64,000 bases of DNA, taken from Bdellovibrionales bacterium. Its GTDB lineage: Bacteria; Pseudomonadota; Alphaproteobacteria; UBA9219. This document shows, one piece after another, positions 1 through 9,029 of this stretch. The position numbers and the translations under genes were made by a program. The notes beneath the pieces were generated by a model. It was not told the DNA's origin. It did not search any database and was given only the letters and a program-made list of their open reading frames with translations. The stretch is from the NCBI GenBank assembly GCA_040275305.1, contig JBEOJY010000001.1:78858-142857 (forward strand), written 5' to 3'. Position 1 is the stretch's first letter. Every line of letters begins with the position of its first letter.

Positions 1-441
1 GATGTTATGCTCAACGGTGGTTTTGATGCCTTCGACGAGGCAGGCGAAGATGGCGAGCGTATGCGGATTTATGTGGGCTTTGCCGATGTCTTCGTGTTCA
101 CAGATTTCATGCAGAATTTTGGCGAGACGCGCGGCGAGCAGATAATCGCACATTCCGGCTTTTGGCACGATGGCTAAGGCGCAGTCGCCGATACGTTTTA
201 GGGCGGTCGTTTCGTATTGACCGGGGCGCAACGCGGAGACGGCGCGGTCGATTCTGGCGATTTCAATATTGATTTCGTTGAGCATCACCTGACGGGAATC
301 GATGATGATCTTTTCGGCTTGATGGATGGTTTCTGGCGGGACGATTTGCCCGAAGCTGATATTTGGTCCCAGTTTATCCTTTAGAGACTGGTCAGGTTCG
401 AAGATGACCGCTTCGGGCGGGGACTGGTTATCGGGAGCCAT
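1..441 (-). CDS. Hypothetical protein, N-terminal part only; the gene runs off the window edge. Its ATG overlaps the last codons of the upstream response-regulator gene.
   Basis: Reverse-strand ORF continues past the ORF-track cutoff. ATG at 439-441 overlaps the RR stop (428-430), suggesting translational coupling. Translation begins MAPDNQSPPEAVIFEPDQSLKDKLGPNISFGQIV... No family recognised. Confidence 0.4.
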   Translation of the reverse strand, partial: MAPDNQSPPEAVIFEPDQSLKDKLGPNISFGQIVPPETIHQAEKIIIDSRQVMLNEINIEIARIDRAVSALRPGQYETTALKRIGDCALAIVPKAGMCDYLLAARLAKILHEICEHEDIGKAHINPHTLAIFACLVEGIKTTVEHNI

Positions 442-967
442 CGGGAGTCCATTTTACTGGCATCGGCTGGTTGCCGTTACGCCGTTCTTGCTTCGACGCT
501 TTGACCGGGTCCACGCGCCGTCGCCGCGATGGGCCTTTGTAGTTTTCTGTAAGCACAAATTCACGAGGATGTTCGATGATTTCGTTGATGCGCCGATGCA
601 ATTCCTTGACAGTAAACGGTTTGACCAAATATTCGGTGACGCCGACGTCGCGCGCGATTTCGATATGGTGGGGCTCGGCGTTGCCTGTCAGCATGATGAC
701 TGGGATCATGCAGTTTGGGGCGTTCATGTCGCGGAGTTGTTTGACGAGGCTGATGCCGTCCATGTCGGGCATGCGCCAATCGCAGATGATGAAGTCGATG
801 GGGGCCGCTTCTATTTGTTGAATTGCCTGATGACCGTTACTCGCTCTGAAAATATGTTTGAATCCGAGACGGTCTAGCACATCGTGGACGAGCTTTTGCA
901 TGAGCTGGTCGTCTTCGACGATCAGCACGTTGAATTTACTTAAAGGAGAGAGGATGACTCTGGACAT
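428..967 (-). CDS. Single-domain response regulator (CheY-like receiver) with a ~50-aa basic C-terminal tail
   Basis: NVLIVEDD...DFIICDWRMPDMDG...IMLTGN...EYLVKPF receiver signature. Phospho-acceptor Asp and the T/K motifs are present. Confidence 0.8.
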   Translation of the reverse strand: MSRVILSPLSKFNVLIVEDDQLMQKLVHDVLDRLGFKHIFRASNGHQAIQQIEAAPIDFIICDWRMPDMDGISLVKQLRDMNAPNCMIPVIMLTGNAEPHHIEIARDVGVTEYLVKPFTVKELHRRINEIIEHPREFVLTENYKGPSRRRRVDPVKASKQERRNGNQPMPVKWTPDGSR

Positions 968-1015
968 GTCACGCGCGTTGTCTGCATCAAAACATGAAGC
1001 AAGACGCGGCCAGCG

Positions 1016-1753
1016 TCAAGTGGCGAGGTTGAGAAGACGCGAGCCTGAATCAACGTGGATGATTTCTCCGGTGATCGAAGGCGTTTCGATCAGGAAGCGG
1101 ACGGCGCAGGCGACGTCTTCGGGACGCGTGGCGGCGCGTAGCGGCAAGGCGGCTATACGTTGCGCGAAGGTTTCTTCCGTGTCGCGCGCGCTGGGGAGAG
1201 TCGTGCCGGGGGCGACTGCGTTGACGCGCAGGCGTGGGGCTTCGCGCAGGGCCATGGCGAATGTCAGATTTCGCAGCGCGATTTTGCTGGCGTTGTAGTT
1301 GGAGAAGCTGGGCTTGTCCGGGCGGCTGTCGAGCAGATTGACGATGGCGGAAGATGTTAGCGCGGCGTTGTTCGCGGCGAAGGATTCGCTTAAAATCTTT
1401 GGCGCTTCGTAGTTTATGATTCGGTGGCGCGCGCCGCCGGGGTCCTGCGCGTCAGGCTCAAAGAGGCTGGCGTTGTTGACGAGGGCCGTGAGTGGGCCGA
1501 TTTCTTCGATCAGCGAGGGAATTAATTTTTCCGTCAGCGCAAGGTTAGCGAGGTTGATCTCGGCGAGCGCCGCCTTGCGGCCCATGTCCTGAATCTGTTC
1601 GGCGAGCGCCTGCGCTTCACTTTGCGAAGCGTGGTAATGGACGACGATATTCCAACCGTTCGCGGCGAGATCGAGCGCGATGGCGTGGCCAATGCGTCTG
1701 GCGGCTCCGGTGACTAGCGCCCAGCGTTCGGGGAAGGCCTGCTCAGTCATCAT
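1016..1753 (-). CDS. Short-chain dehydrogenase/reductase, possibly a pteridine-reductase (FolM/PTR1-like) given folB coupling
   Basis: ALVTGAARRIG Rossmann motif and NNAS; Y..K catalytic pair (NYNASK). Start ATG 1751-1753 overlaps the folB stop 1750-1752 (ATGA overlap). Confidence 0.75.
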   Translation of the reverse strand: MMTEQAFPERWALVTGAARRIGHAIALDLAANGWNIVVHYHASQSEAQALAEQIQDMGRKAALAEINLANLALTEKLIPSLIEEIGPLTALVNNASLFEPDAQDPGGARHRIINYEAPKILSESFAANNAALTSSAIVNLLDSRPDKPSFSNYNASKIALRNLTFAMALREAPRLRVNAVAPGTTLPSARDTEETFAQRIAALPLRAATRPEDVACAVRFLIETPSITGEIIHVDSGSRLLNLAT

Positions 1754-2136
1754 GTTTTTCTTCTGCGGCATAGTTCGATTCCTCCGATGGCATCCGGCAG
1801 CGCGTTGGGTTTTTCAAGGCGAACAGTTACCTGTTGCGCGCGCGGGTCGCGGAAACAATAGTCGATGATGAGATCGGCCAAGGTTTCCAGCAGGCAGATA
1901 TGGCCCATGGCGGGAATGTCGTGCGTGAGAAAATAGTGGATGGCGCTGTAGTCGATGACGCGCGAAAGGCCGCTGTCGGCGGGATCGCGGAATGTTTCTT
2001 GAAGTTCCGACTCGACCTCGATATGCGCGATGACAGGCTGAGGCTTCTGGCGCTCATGCTCAAGCACGCCGATGGACAGCGTCAGGCGGCAGTCGCGGAC
2101 GAAGGTGATTAGGGAGTCTTTTTTGCTATTTGTCAT
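1750..2136 (-). CDS. folB: Dihydroneopterin aldolase
   Basis: About 128 aa: MTNSKKDSLITFVRDCRLTLSIGVLEHERQKPQPV...YSAIHYFL, typical FolB length and motifs. Start 2134-2136 overlaps the trmJ-like stop. Confidence 0.75.
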   Translation of the reverse strand: MTNSKKDSLITFVRDCRLTLSIGVLEHERQKPQPVIAHIEVESELQETFRDPADSGLSRVIDYSAIHYFLTHDIPAMGHICLLETLADLIIDYCFRDPRAQQVTVRLEKPNALPDAIGGIELCRRRKT

Positions 2137-2897
2137 TGCATATCCGCGCTTTTCCTGCTCTTCCCGATCAGCGCCGAGATGACGCCGTGCCAGGTGCGGA
2201 TTTCCTGTTCGGTCATTTCGGCGCGCATCAGCATGTTTTGCAGGCTGCGGGTCATGGTGGGGCGCATATCGGCAGCAACGAAAAAGCCATGCGATTCGAG
2301 TTCGGATTCCAGTCTGCCAAAGAAGTTCAGGTATTCCTCGCGCGTTGCGGGGCGGCTGTTGCCAGTGTGGAGTTGCTTGCCGGGTGTTTGGTCTTTGGCC
2401 TGACACCATTCATAACTAATGAGCAGAACAGCTTGCGCGAGATTTAGCGAGGTGAATTCCGGATTGAGCGGAATCGTGATCTTGGCATTCGCCAACACTA
2501 TTTGGTCGTTGACGAGGCCTGTGCGTTCGCGGCCGAACATCACGCCGATTTTTTGTCCGGCGGCGATGCGTTCGGCCATGTCGGGCGCGGCGGAGCGGGC
2601 GGTCAGGATACGGGTTACCATGTCATGTGTGCGGGCGGTAGTCGCGTAGACGTAATGGAGGTCTGCGAGCGCTTCTTTCAAGGTGGCATAGATTTTGGCG
2701 TGGTTTAGGATCGCGTCGGCTCCTGAGGACGCGGCATGCATGCGTTCCTGCAAAGGATCGTGCAGGGGCCATGGGTCGCGGGGGTCGACGATCCGTAGCT
2801 CCGAGAGGCCGCAATTGGCCATGGCGCGGGCAGTCATGCCGATGTTTTCGACCAATTGCGGTTCGACCAGAAGGATGACAGGCGTTGGTTGCGTCAT
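2133..2897 (-). CDS. SpoU/TrmH-family RNA 2'-O-methyltransferase (TrmJ-like)
   Basis: MTQPTPVILLVEPQLVENIGMTARAMANCGLSELRIVDP...IGVMFGRERTGL...LNLAQAV SPOUT motifs. Alternative start at 2954 (MATTVSQ). Confidence 0.75.
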   Translation of the reverse strand: MTQPTPVILLVEPQLVENIGMTARAMANCGLSELRIVDPRDPWPLHDPLQERMHAASSGADAILNHAKIYATLKEALADLHYVYATTARTHDMVTRILTARSAAPDMAERIAAGQKIGVMFGRERTGLVNDQIVLANAKITIPLNPEFTSLNLAQAVLLISYEWCQAKDQTPGKQLHTGNSRPATREEYLNFFGRLESELESHGFFVAADMRPTMTRSLQNMLMRAEMTEQEIRTWHGVISALIGKSRKSADMQ

Positions 2898-2969
2898 GCG
2901 TTGTTTATGCCTATTCTTGCGCTTCTCAGGCTGTTGGGACACAGTGGTTGCCATACTAGGGAAACGTCG

Positions 2970-4535
2970 ATGCTTCAAGGCTATATTAAAAGAATATTGA
3001 ATGCGCCAGTTTACGATGTCGCCAGTTTCACGCCGCTTGATCCGGCGCGGGTGTTGTCGGCCCAGATGGGGCGGCATGTGCTGATGAAGCGCGAGGATCT
3101 GCAACCGGTTTTTTCGTTCAAGCTGCGGGGCGCTTACACGAAAATCATGGCCCTCAGCGCTGAAGAGCGCTTGCGGGGTGTCATTACGGCTTCGGCGGGC
3201 AACCATGCGCAAGGGGTGGCTTTGTCAGCTAAAAAGCTTGGAATTCGGGCGGTGATCGTGATGCCTGCGACGACGCCGGAGATCAAGGTTTCGGCGGTGC
3301 AGAGCCATGGGGCTGAGGTGGTTCTGTTCGGCGATGCCTATCCCGACGCTTTGGCGCATGCGCTGGAATTAACCAAACTGCATGGGCTTTCCTTCGTTCA
3401 TCCTTACGACGACCCTGACGTGATCGCCGGGCAGGGGACTATCGGCATGGAAATTCTACGCCAGTATTCCGGGCCGATCGACGCTATTTTTTGCCCGGTC
3501 GGCGGTGGAGGTCTGATTTCCGGAGTGGCGGCGTATGTGAAATTCCTGCGGCCCAGCGTGAAGATCATCGGCGTGGAGCCGGAGGATGCCGATTGTCTTT
3601 ATCAGGCCTTGAAGACGGGCGAGCGGGTGAAGCTTCCGCAGGTTGGCATTTTCGCCGATGGCGTGGCGGTCGCGCAGGTGGGCGAGGAGAATTTCCGCGT
3701 CGCGCGGGAATGCGTGGATCGCGTGATCCGTGTGACGACCGACGAGATGTGCGCGGCGATTAAGGACGTGTTCACCGACACGCGGGCGATTGCGGAGCCT
3801 TCGGGAGCTTTGGGCGTGGCGGGTATTCGCAAATATCGCATGGAGCAGGGCGAAGGGCAGGATCATGGCGCTTTAATCGCCGTGATTTCCGGCGCGAACA
3901 TGAATTTCGAGCGTTTGCGCTATGTCGCGGAGCGGACGGCGACGGGCGAGAAGCGCGAGATGCTTTTATCTGTACAGTTGCCGGAAACGCCGGGAAGTTT
4001 GCTTAAGTTCTGCGAACTGGTCGGGCGGCGGGCGATTACCGAGTTCAACTATCGCTATTTTAACCCGCGCGAGGCGCATATTTTTGTCGGGGTGCAGATG
4101 GGGAATGTCGCGCAGGAGGGGGGCGTATTTCTAGAGACTTTGGAGCGCAACGGATTTCCGGCGACCGATATGACCGACAATGACCTCGCCAAGGAACATA
4201 TTCGCCACATGGTCGGTGGCCACCCGCCCCGCTTGCTCGACGAGGCGCTTTATAGCTTCGAGTTTCCGGAACGTCCGGGAGCGTTGTTGCGTTTTTTAAC
4301 GGCGCTGAATCCGAGTTGGAATATCAGCCTCTTTCATTATCGGAATCACGGCGCGGCGTGGGGGCGTGTCCTGATGGGGTTGCAGGTTCCTGTGGCTGAA
4401 CGGAATGATCTCAGACAGGTGATACAGAATGTCGGATTTATTGCGACAGATGAAACGGTTAATCCTGCGTATAGGGTGTTTTTGGCGGGGGGGTGTTCGG
4501 ACGTAGAATTCGTTTGGTCAGGTTGTTCGGGATAA
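2970..4535 (+). CDS. ilvA: Threonine dehydratase, biosynthetic (PLP enzyme plus two C-terminal ACT-like regulatory domains)
   Basis: FKLRGAY, SAGNHAQGVA, GGGGLISG motifs. 521 aa with a tandem regulatory C-terminus. Confidence 0.93.
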   Translation: MLQGYIKRILNAPVYDVASFTPLDPARVLSAQMGRHVLMKREDLQPVFSFKLRGAYTKIMALSAEERLRGVITASAGNHAQGVALSAKKLGIRAVIVMPATTPEIKVSAVQSHGAEVVLFGDAYPDALAHALELTKLHGLSFVHPYDDPDVIAGQGTIGMEILRQYSGPIDAIFCPVGGGGLISGVAAYVKFLRPSVKIIGVEPEDADCLYQALKTGERVKLPQVGIFADGVAVAQVGEENFRVARECVDRVIRVTTDEMCAAIKDVFTDTRAIAEPSGALGVAGIRKYRMEQGEGQDHGALIAVISGANMNFERLRYVAERTATGEKREMLLSVQLPETPGSLLKFCELVGRRAITEFNYRYFNPREAHIFVGVQMGNVAQEGGVFLETLERNGFPATDMTDNDLAKEHIRHMVGGHPPRLLDEALYSFEFPERPGALLRFLTALNPSWNISLFHYRNHGAAWGRVLMGLQVPVAERNDLRQVIQNVGFIATDETVNPAYRVFLAGGCSDVEFVWSGCSG

Positions 4536-4605
4536 TTAAGAAAGATTTCATGAGAAGTTGGCATGTTCACGTTTTCTTTAACACAATCCATGTAGAGGGG
4601 GCGGT

Positions 4606-5196
4606 ATGAAATTTAGGCGTACGCATACAAAGGGTTGGTTGGTATTGGGCATTATCTTTGCCTTTGCCTTTGCCTTGTGGCTACCCCAAGAGGCGGAGGC
4701 TGATATGAGAACACAGGATCACATCGTTGATGGCAAGAAAATTACCTTTGGCTATGAAATGTTTAGCCCCCCGTTTCAGATCAAGAGAGACGCAGGAAAT
4801 GTTACCGTTCCTGCCTTGAAGGCTTCTTTGCGCTACTACGAATTGTTGGCGCAGGGGGATATTCCGGGCGCTTCGGCGCTGACCATGAAGCCGGATGCCG
4901 CTAAGAAGCAATGGGACGGTGTGGCGAAAAGCATGGGCGGAACCGAGGCATTCAAGAAGAAAATGGCGGAATACTTCACGCAAGGCATGACCGTGAGGGG
5001 TGTTCTCTATTACCAGAATGCCGCAGTATTACTTGTCGACAATCCCGACATGGGGGTTATGATGACCCAGAGCTTTGTTTGCCAGAAAGACGGTGGTTGC
5101 CTTCTGGACGACACGAGAGAAACTGAGGCCGCACGTATGCTTTCTGGACGTGTCGCCGGAGATATTCGTAACGAAAAACTCAAGTTGCCATTTTGA
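4606..5196 (+). CDS. Secreted hypothetical protein with N-terminal signal peptide, in a low-GC stretch
   Basis: MKFRRTHTKGWLVLGIIFAFAFALWLPQEAEA signal peptide. Codon usage is AT-shifted relative to neighbours. No family recognised. Confidence 0.55.
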   Translation: MKFRRTHTKGWLVLGIIFAFAFALWLPQEAEADMRTQDHIVDGKKITFGYEMFSPPFQIKRDAGNVTVPALKASLRYYELLAQGDIPGASALTMKPDAAKKQWDGVAKSMGGTEAFKKKMAEYFTQGMTVRGVLYYQNAAVLLVDNPDMGVMMTQSFVCQKDGGCLLDDTRETEAARMLSGRVAGDIRNEKLKLPF

Positions 5197-5294
5197 TCCT
5201 GCCGCGCCACAGGCTGAAGGCAAGTTAGTATGATTGATCGTGTGACTATGGTGCGGCTCGGGTTCGCAGGTGTGCTTCAAAGGTATGGTTTGGC

Positions 5295-5852
5295 ATGAGG
5301 TTGCGTTTGCACTATTCGAGACTTGTCGCGCTGGCGGCGCTTCTCATCGTTGTTTCTTGTACGGGCATTCCTGAGGGAGTCGTGCCGATACGTCCCTTCG
5401 ATATCGCAAGATACCAAGGGAAATGGCACGAGATCATGCGCCTTGACCATAGCTTCGAGCGGGGACTTACCAATGTCGACGCGACCTATAGCCTGCGCGA
5501 GGACGGTTCCATCGGCGTGCTTAACCGGGGGTTTGATCGCAAGGCGTGCGAATGGAACGCTGCCGAGGGGCGGGCAGTGTTTCAAGAGGATCCCAGTACG
5601 GCGAGCCTGTCCGTCACGTTCTTCTGGCCGTTCGCAGGCGGGTATCACGTCATTGATCTGGATCGGGAGTCTTATGGCTGGGCGCTCGTTTCCGGCCCGT
5701 CAAAGGACTATCTTTGGATTCTGGCGAGAAAGCCAAGCCTTCCGCTTCAGACGCGCAAACGCCTTGTCGAGAAGGCCCGCTCGCTCGGCTTTCCTGTCGA
5801 CGAGCTTATCCTTGTCGATCATGGCCCGATGATGTGCGAACGAAGGAAGTAG
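5295..5852 (+). CDS. blc: Bacterial lipocalin (outer-membrane lipoprotein Blc)
   Basis: Lipoprotein signal peptide with lipobox LIVVSCTG. Lipocalin SCR1 motif YQGKWHEI. Length ~180 aa. Confidence 0.8.
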   Translation: MRLRLHYSRLVALAALLIVVSCTGIPEGVVPIRPFDIARYQGKWHEIMRLDHSFERGLTNVDATYSLREDGSIGVLNRGFDRKACEWNAAEGRAVFQEDPSTASLSVTFFWPFAGGYHVIDLDRESYGWALVSGPSKDYLWILARKPSLPLQTRKRLVEKARSLGFPVDELILVDHGPMMCERRK

Positions 5853-5857
5853 GTTGA

Positions 5858-5994
5858 CTGCACATTACCCTATTACACTTGAAGCAATTCATTCCATTCA
5901 AGAAAGACCAACCTACAAGCGTCATGCCTGCGCGGGCATGACGCTTGCGGCCGCAACGAATCTTGTTCTGGGACAATATGTTAATGTGTAGGGC
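5858..5994. repeat. MITE-like element, family A short variant (shares terminal inverted repeats with 36826-37105)
   Basis: Left end cacattaccctattacacttgaagcaat, right end gttaatgtgtaggg. Internal hairpin gtcatgcctgcgcgggcatgac. Confidence 0.6.
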
Positions 5995-6135
5995 GGCAGG
6001 CGTCTGTCTATCTGCCCGCCTTTGAAGACGATGCCAAATACCGGAAGCTCCGCGACGTGATTGAGAATGTCGGCTTTGTCGCCAAGGACGAGGCGGATAA
6101 TCAGCTTAATCGGATGATATGGGGGAGGCGGTAAT
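5995..6135 (+). pseudogene. Remnant of a second threonine-dehydratase (ilvA paralogue) C-terminal ACT region
   Basis: Translation ...AFEDDAKYRKLRDVIENVGFVAKDEADNQLNRMIWGRR* parallels the ilvA C-terminus ...AERNDLRQVIQNVGFIATDETVNPAYRVFLAGG. A stop lies upstream and there is no N-terminal part. Confidence 0.55.
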
Positions 6136-6888
6136 TTACGGATTGCGGGTGTTTTCGTAATATCTCTTCGCGTTGACCATCCGACATGGGCGGTGACTAA
6201 TTTGGTAATTTGTTGATTTTATGGTGTTTCTTGGCGCGCCTGTGCATTCCGTCGAAGCCGATAGCGACATGTCGCATATCCAGATGTCGCACATCATGAT
6301 GTCGCCAATCCTCATCGCTGTGACGTGACTTATGCTGCCGTATAGGTGCGCGTTGGGATGTTTTCCTCCCTTATCCATAACAAACGTATTGGCAAAATCA
6401 CCTGTGTTTTTGAGCGCAATCATGGAGGTGGCATAAGTGCTTTGTCCTCGTGGGCTGCACAGCAGTTCGAGGGGAGGCAAGACCCATCGACCACCTAGGG
6501 CATCTTGTATCAGTTTTTGACCGAGAATTTCAGGGTCACGAATGTATGTTCCGCGATGTCCGAGTGAAGTCATGTTTCCAACTTCATGCGCCGCATCCTC
6601 GAAATTGGTCAGAAGCTGATTCCCTTCCTTGTCAGATAAATCTTTTGGGGAAGCAAATAAGCAATAAAGCAGGTTATCAGAAATACGAGTCGCTCCAGAG
6701 TAATTGGGATTTCTTACAATCTTCCAGACTCCCATGTAGATGCCTTGAGCAGGGATTAATTTTGCAATTTGATCGTGGCGCGGTATGGAAGGTATAAGCG
6801 CGGAATAATCCTCCGGTTCGATTGGAGATAACAGGCATGGGGATGTTGGAGTCTCTACAGGGTTTATGCGTGTTTCAGAATGTCGCAT
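6136..6888 (-). CDS. Hypothetical protein in a low-GC island; start and 3' end uncertain
   Basis: 250-aa ORF with atypical codon usage. 3' portion contains imperfect atgtcgc tandem repeats. No family recognised. Confidence 0.3.
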   Translation of the reverse strand: MRHSETRINPVETPTSPCLLSPIEPEDYSALIPSIPRHDQIAKLIPAQGIYMGVWKIVRNPNYSGATRISDNLLYCLFASPKDLSDKEGNQLLTNFEDAAHEVGNMTSLGHRGTYIRDPEILGQKLIQDALGGRWVLPPLELLCSPRGQSTYATSMIALKNTGDFANTFVMDKGGKHPNAHLYGSISHVTAMRIGDIMMCDIWICDMSLSASTECTGAPRNTIKSTNYQISHRPCRMVNAKRYYENTRNP

Positions 6889-7011
6889 TGTTAATACCCA
6901 ATCTTGTTGTTCTTATTGCATAAAAATCATCGCAGATTCAACTAGTCAGCGCATAATAATGCGGCTCGCTTTGTCATATACTCCGTAGGATTGGAAACCA
7001 GAAAGAGCAAC

Positions 7012-7105
7012 AAGCGCGATCCAGAGCCACAGAGACTATTCTATCGACTCTGGATCGCCTAAGTCGTCTCCCGCTTTGCAAGCGGGAAACTCCTCGCGAG
7101 ATGAC
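7012..7105. repeat. Interspersed palindromic repeat, family C (partial copy)
   Basis: cgcgatccagag...ctctggatcgcc...ctcctcgcgagatgac matches the copies at 11888, 28557 and 46770. Confidence 0.55.
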
Positions 7106-7149
7106 GCCCCATCCGCAAGGATTGTCTTTCCTGAGCCCTCTTTCTTTTG

Positions 7150-8532
7150 CTACCCCCTCTTCCACGTTGTCCCGTTGGGGCCGTCTTCGAGCGTGATGCC
7201 TTGGGCGGCGAGGGCATCGCGGATGCGGTCGGCTTCTTTGAAGTCGCGGACTTTGCGGGCGGCGAGGCGGGCGGCGATGGCGGATTCGATTTCGGATTCC
7301 GAGGGGCCAGAGAGGGCTACGCCTGCGCCTTTGAACCATGATTCGGCTGATTGCTGGAGCAACCCTAGGGCTTCTCCGGCGGCGATGATTTTGGCTTTCA
7401 GACGCGTTTTGTCTTCTGGCGATGATGCTTGATAGAAGGCGTTGACCAGCTCGTGGATTAGCGCGATGGCAAGCGGCGTGTTGAGGTCGTCGCGCAACGC
7501 CGCGTCTATGTTTTCGGGAATGGAGGTTTCATGCGTCGGCAGGTCAGTGGCGGCGCGAAGCGCTCCGTACCACCGGTCGAGCGTGGCTTTGGCTTGTTGC
7601 AGTGCGTCCTCGGAAAAGTCGAGCGGCTGGCGGTAATGGCCGGAGAGTAGCGCGAGACGCAGGGCTTCTCCCGGCGCGATGCCGAGAAGCTGGCGTACCG
7701 TGAAGAAGTTACCCAGAGACTTCGACATCTTGTCGTTGTCGATGGTCAGGAATCCGTTGTGCAGCCAGTAAGTCGCGAGCGGTTTGTGGTTTGCGCAGGC
7801 GCTTTGGGCAATTTCATTTTCGTGGTGCGGGAAGATGAGGTCGAGGCCGCCGCCGTGAATGTCGAACGTCTCGCCGAGATGTTCTTTCGCCATGGCCGAG
7901 CATTCGATGTGCCAGCCGGGGCGTCCGCGTCCCCATGGACTGTCCCAGCCGGGTTGGTCGTCGGCGCTCGGCTTCCACAGCACGAAGTCGGAGGGATCTT
8001 TTTTGTAGGGGGCGACTTCGACGCGCGCGCCTGCGACGAGCTCGTCGCGCGTGCGGCGTGAGAGCCTTCCGTAATCTGGCATCGATGGCACGTGGAACAG
8101 GACGTGGCCGTCGGCGGCGTAGGCGTGCTGTTGCTCGATCAGCGTTTGGATCATCGCCAGCATTTGCGGGATCGTTTGGGTGCAGCGCGGTTCAATATCG
8201 GGAGGCAGGGCGTTTAGCGCTTCCATATCCTCGTGATAGGCGTCGGTCGTTTTCGCCGTGATCGCGTCGATGGTTTCGCCGGACTGTTTTGCTTTGGCGA
8301 TGATCTTATCGTCGATATCGGTGATGTTGCGCACATAGGTCACGCGCGGATAATGCCGCTTTAATAGACGGTAGAGCGTGTCGAACACCACGACGGGCCG
8401 CGCGTTGCCGAGATGCGCGAAATCGTAAACAGTCGGGCCGCAGACATACATGCGAATATGCGCGGGATCGAGCGGCTTAAACTCTTCCTTGCTGCGGGAC
8501 AGGGTGTTGGTCAGGTGGATGGGGTGGGGCAT
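7150..8532 (-). CDS. cysS: Cysteinyl-tRNA synthetase
   Basis: MYVCGPTVYD, HLGN, KMSKSLGN class-I aaRS motifs. 460 aa. Confidence 0.95.
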   Translation of the reverse strand: MPHPIHLTNTLSRSKEEFKPLDPAHIRMYVCGPTVYDFAHLGNARPVVVFDTLYRLLKRHYPRVTYVRNITDIDDKIIAKAKQSGETIDAITAKTTDAYHEDMEALNALPPDIEPRCTQTIPQMLAMIQTLIEQQHAYAADGHVLFHVPSMPDYGRLSRRTRDELVAGARVEVAPYKKDPSDFVLWKPSADDQPGWDSPWGRGRPGWHIECSAMAKEHLGETFDIHGGGLDLIFPHHENEIAQSACANHKPLATYWLHNGFLTIDNDKMSKSLGNFFTVRQLLGIAPGEALRLALLSGHYRQPLDFSEDALQQAKATLDRWYGALRAATDLPTHETSIPENIDAALRDDLNTPLAIALIHELVNAFYQASSPEDKTRLKAKIIAAGEALGLLQQSAESWFKGAGVALSGPSESEIESAIAARLAARKVRDFKEADRIRDALAAQGITLEDGPNGTTWKRG

Positions 8533-8537
8533 GCGTG

Positions 8538-9029
8538 TCAGAACTCCTGCTGTAAAGCCCCTCGCCCTCCATAGGAGGGAGAGGGGTTTGGGGTGAGGGG
8601 GGAGTTTGGGTTTGCATGACTGACTCTCCCCCTCACCCTAACCCTCTCCCCCTCGCGGGGGCGAGGGAATCGCGCTGCGCTATCGCGGGCGTTTGTATCT
8701 AATGCTTTGAGTATGGCTTCTGTTACGCCTTCGGCATTTGCCAAAATGTCGTTGTTCCAGAAACGAAGGATTTGCCAGCCCCATTGTTTCAAATCTTTTG
8801 TGCGGCGTTCGTCGCGTTCGTTACTTGCATGTTGTCCGCCATCGGCTTCAATGACTAAATTATTTTCTATGTTGGCGAAATCGACGATATAGGGGCCGAT
8901 GGGATGTTGGCGGCGAAATTTGTAGTTTTGCAGTTGTCTGTGACGGAGGATGCTCCATAGCCTTCGCTCTGCGTCAGTAGGAATTCTCCGCATGTTTCGC
9001 GCATTCTGTAAGTTGCGCTTGCTCATCAA
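8538..9029 (-). CDS. DUF559 endonuclease-domain protein (Vsr-like fold) with a repeat-encoded C-terminal tail
   Basis: PTDAERRLWSILRHRQLQNYKFRRQHPIGPYIVDFANIENNLVIEADGGQHAS...DLKQWGWQILRFWNNDI. The last ~50 aa are read through the family-B repeat (PLTPNPSPSYGGRGA). Confidence 0.7.
   Translation of the reverse strand: MMSKRNLQNARNMRRIPTDAERRLWSILRHRQLQNYKFRRQHPIGPYIVDFANIENNLVIEADGGQHASNERDERRTKDLKQWGWQILRFWNNDILANAEGVTEAILKALDTNARDSAARFPRPREGERVRVRGRVSHANPNSPLTPNPSPSYGGRGALQQEF
8556..8676. repeat. Interspersed palindromic repeat, family B (G/C-rich cccctcgccc...gagggg type)
   Basis: Near-identical to 31245-31362. Internal inverted repeats. Confidence 0.6.

Noticed and set aside
6200-6300. 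Imperfect ~15-bp tandem repeat (atgtcgcatatccag / atgtcgcacatcatg / atgtcgccaatcctc)
   Set aside because: Only three degenerate units inside a doubtful ORF; too weak to call a VNTR or binding array.
6974-7432. ORFs 6974-7339(-), 7076-7432(+), 7147-7341(+) at the cysS 3' end
   Set aside because: They overlap cysS and the family-C repeat. Pro/Arg-rich translations; no support.
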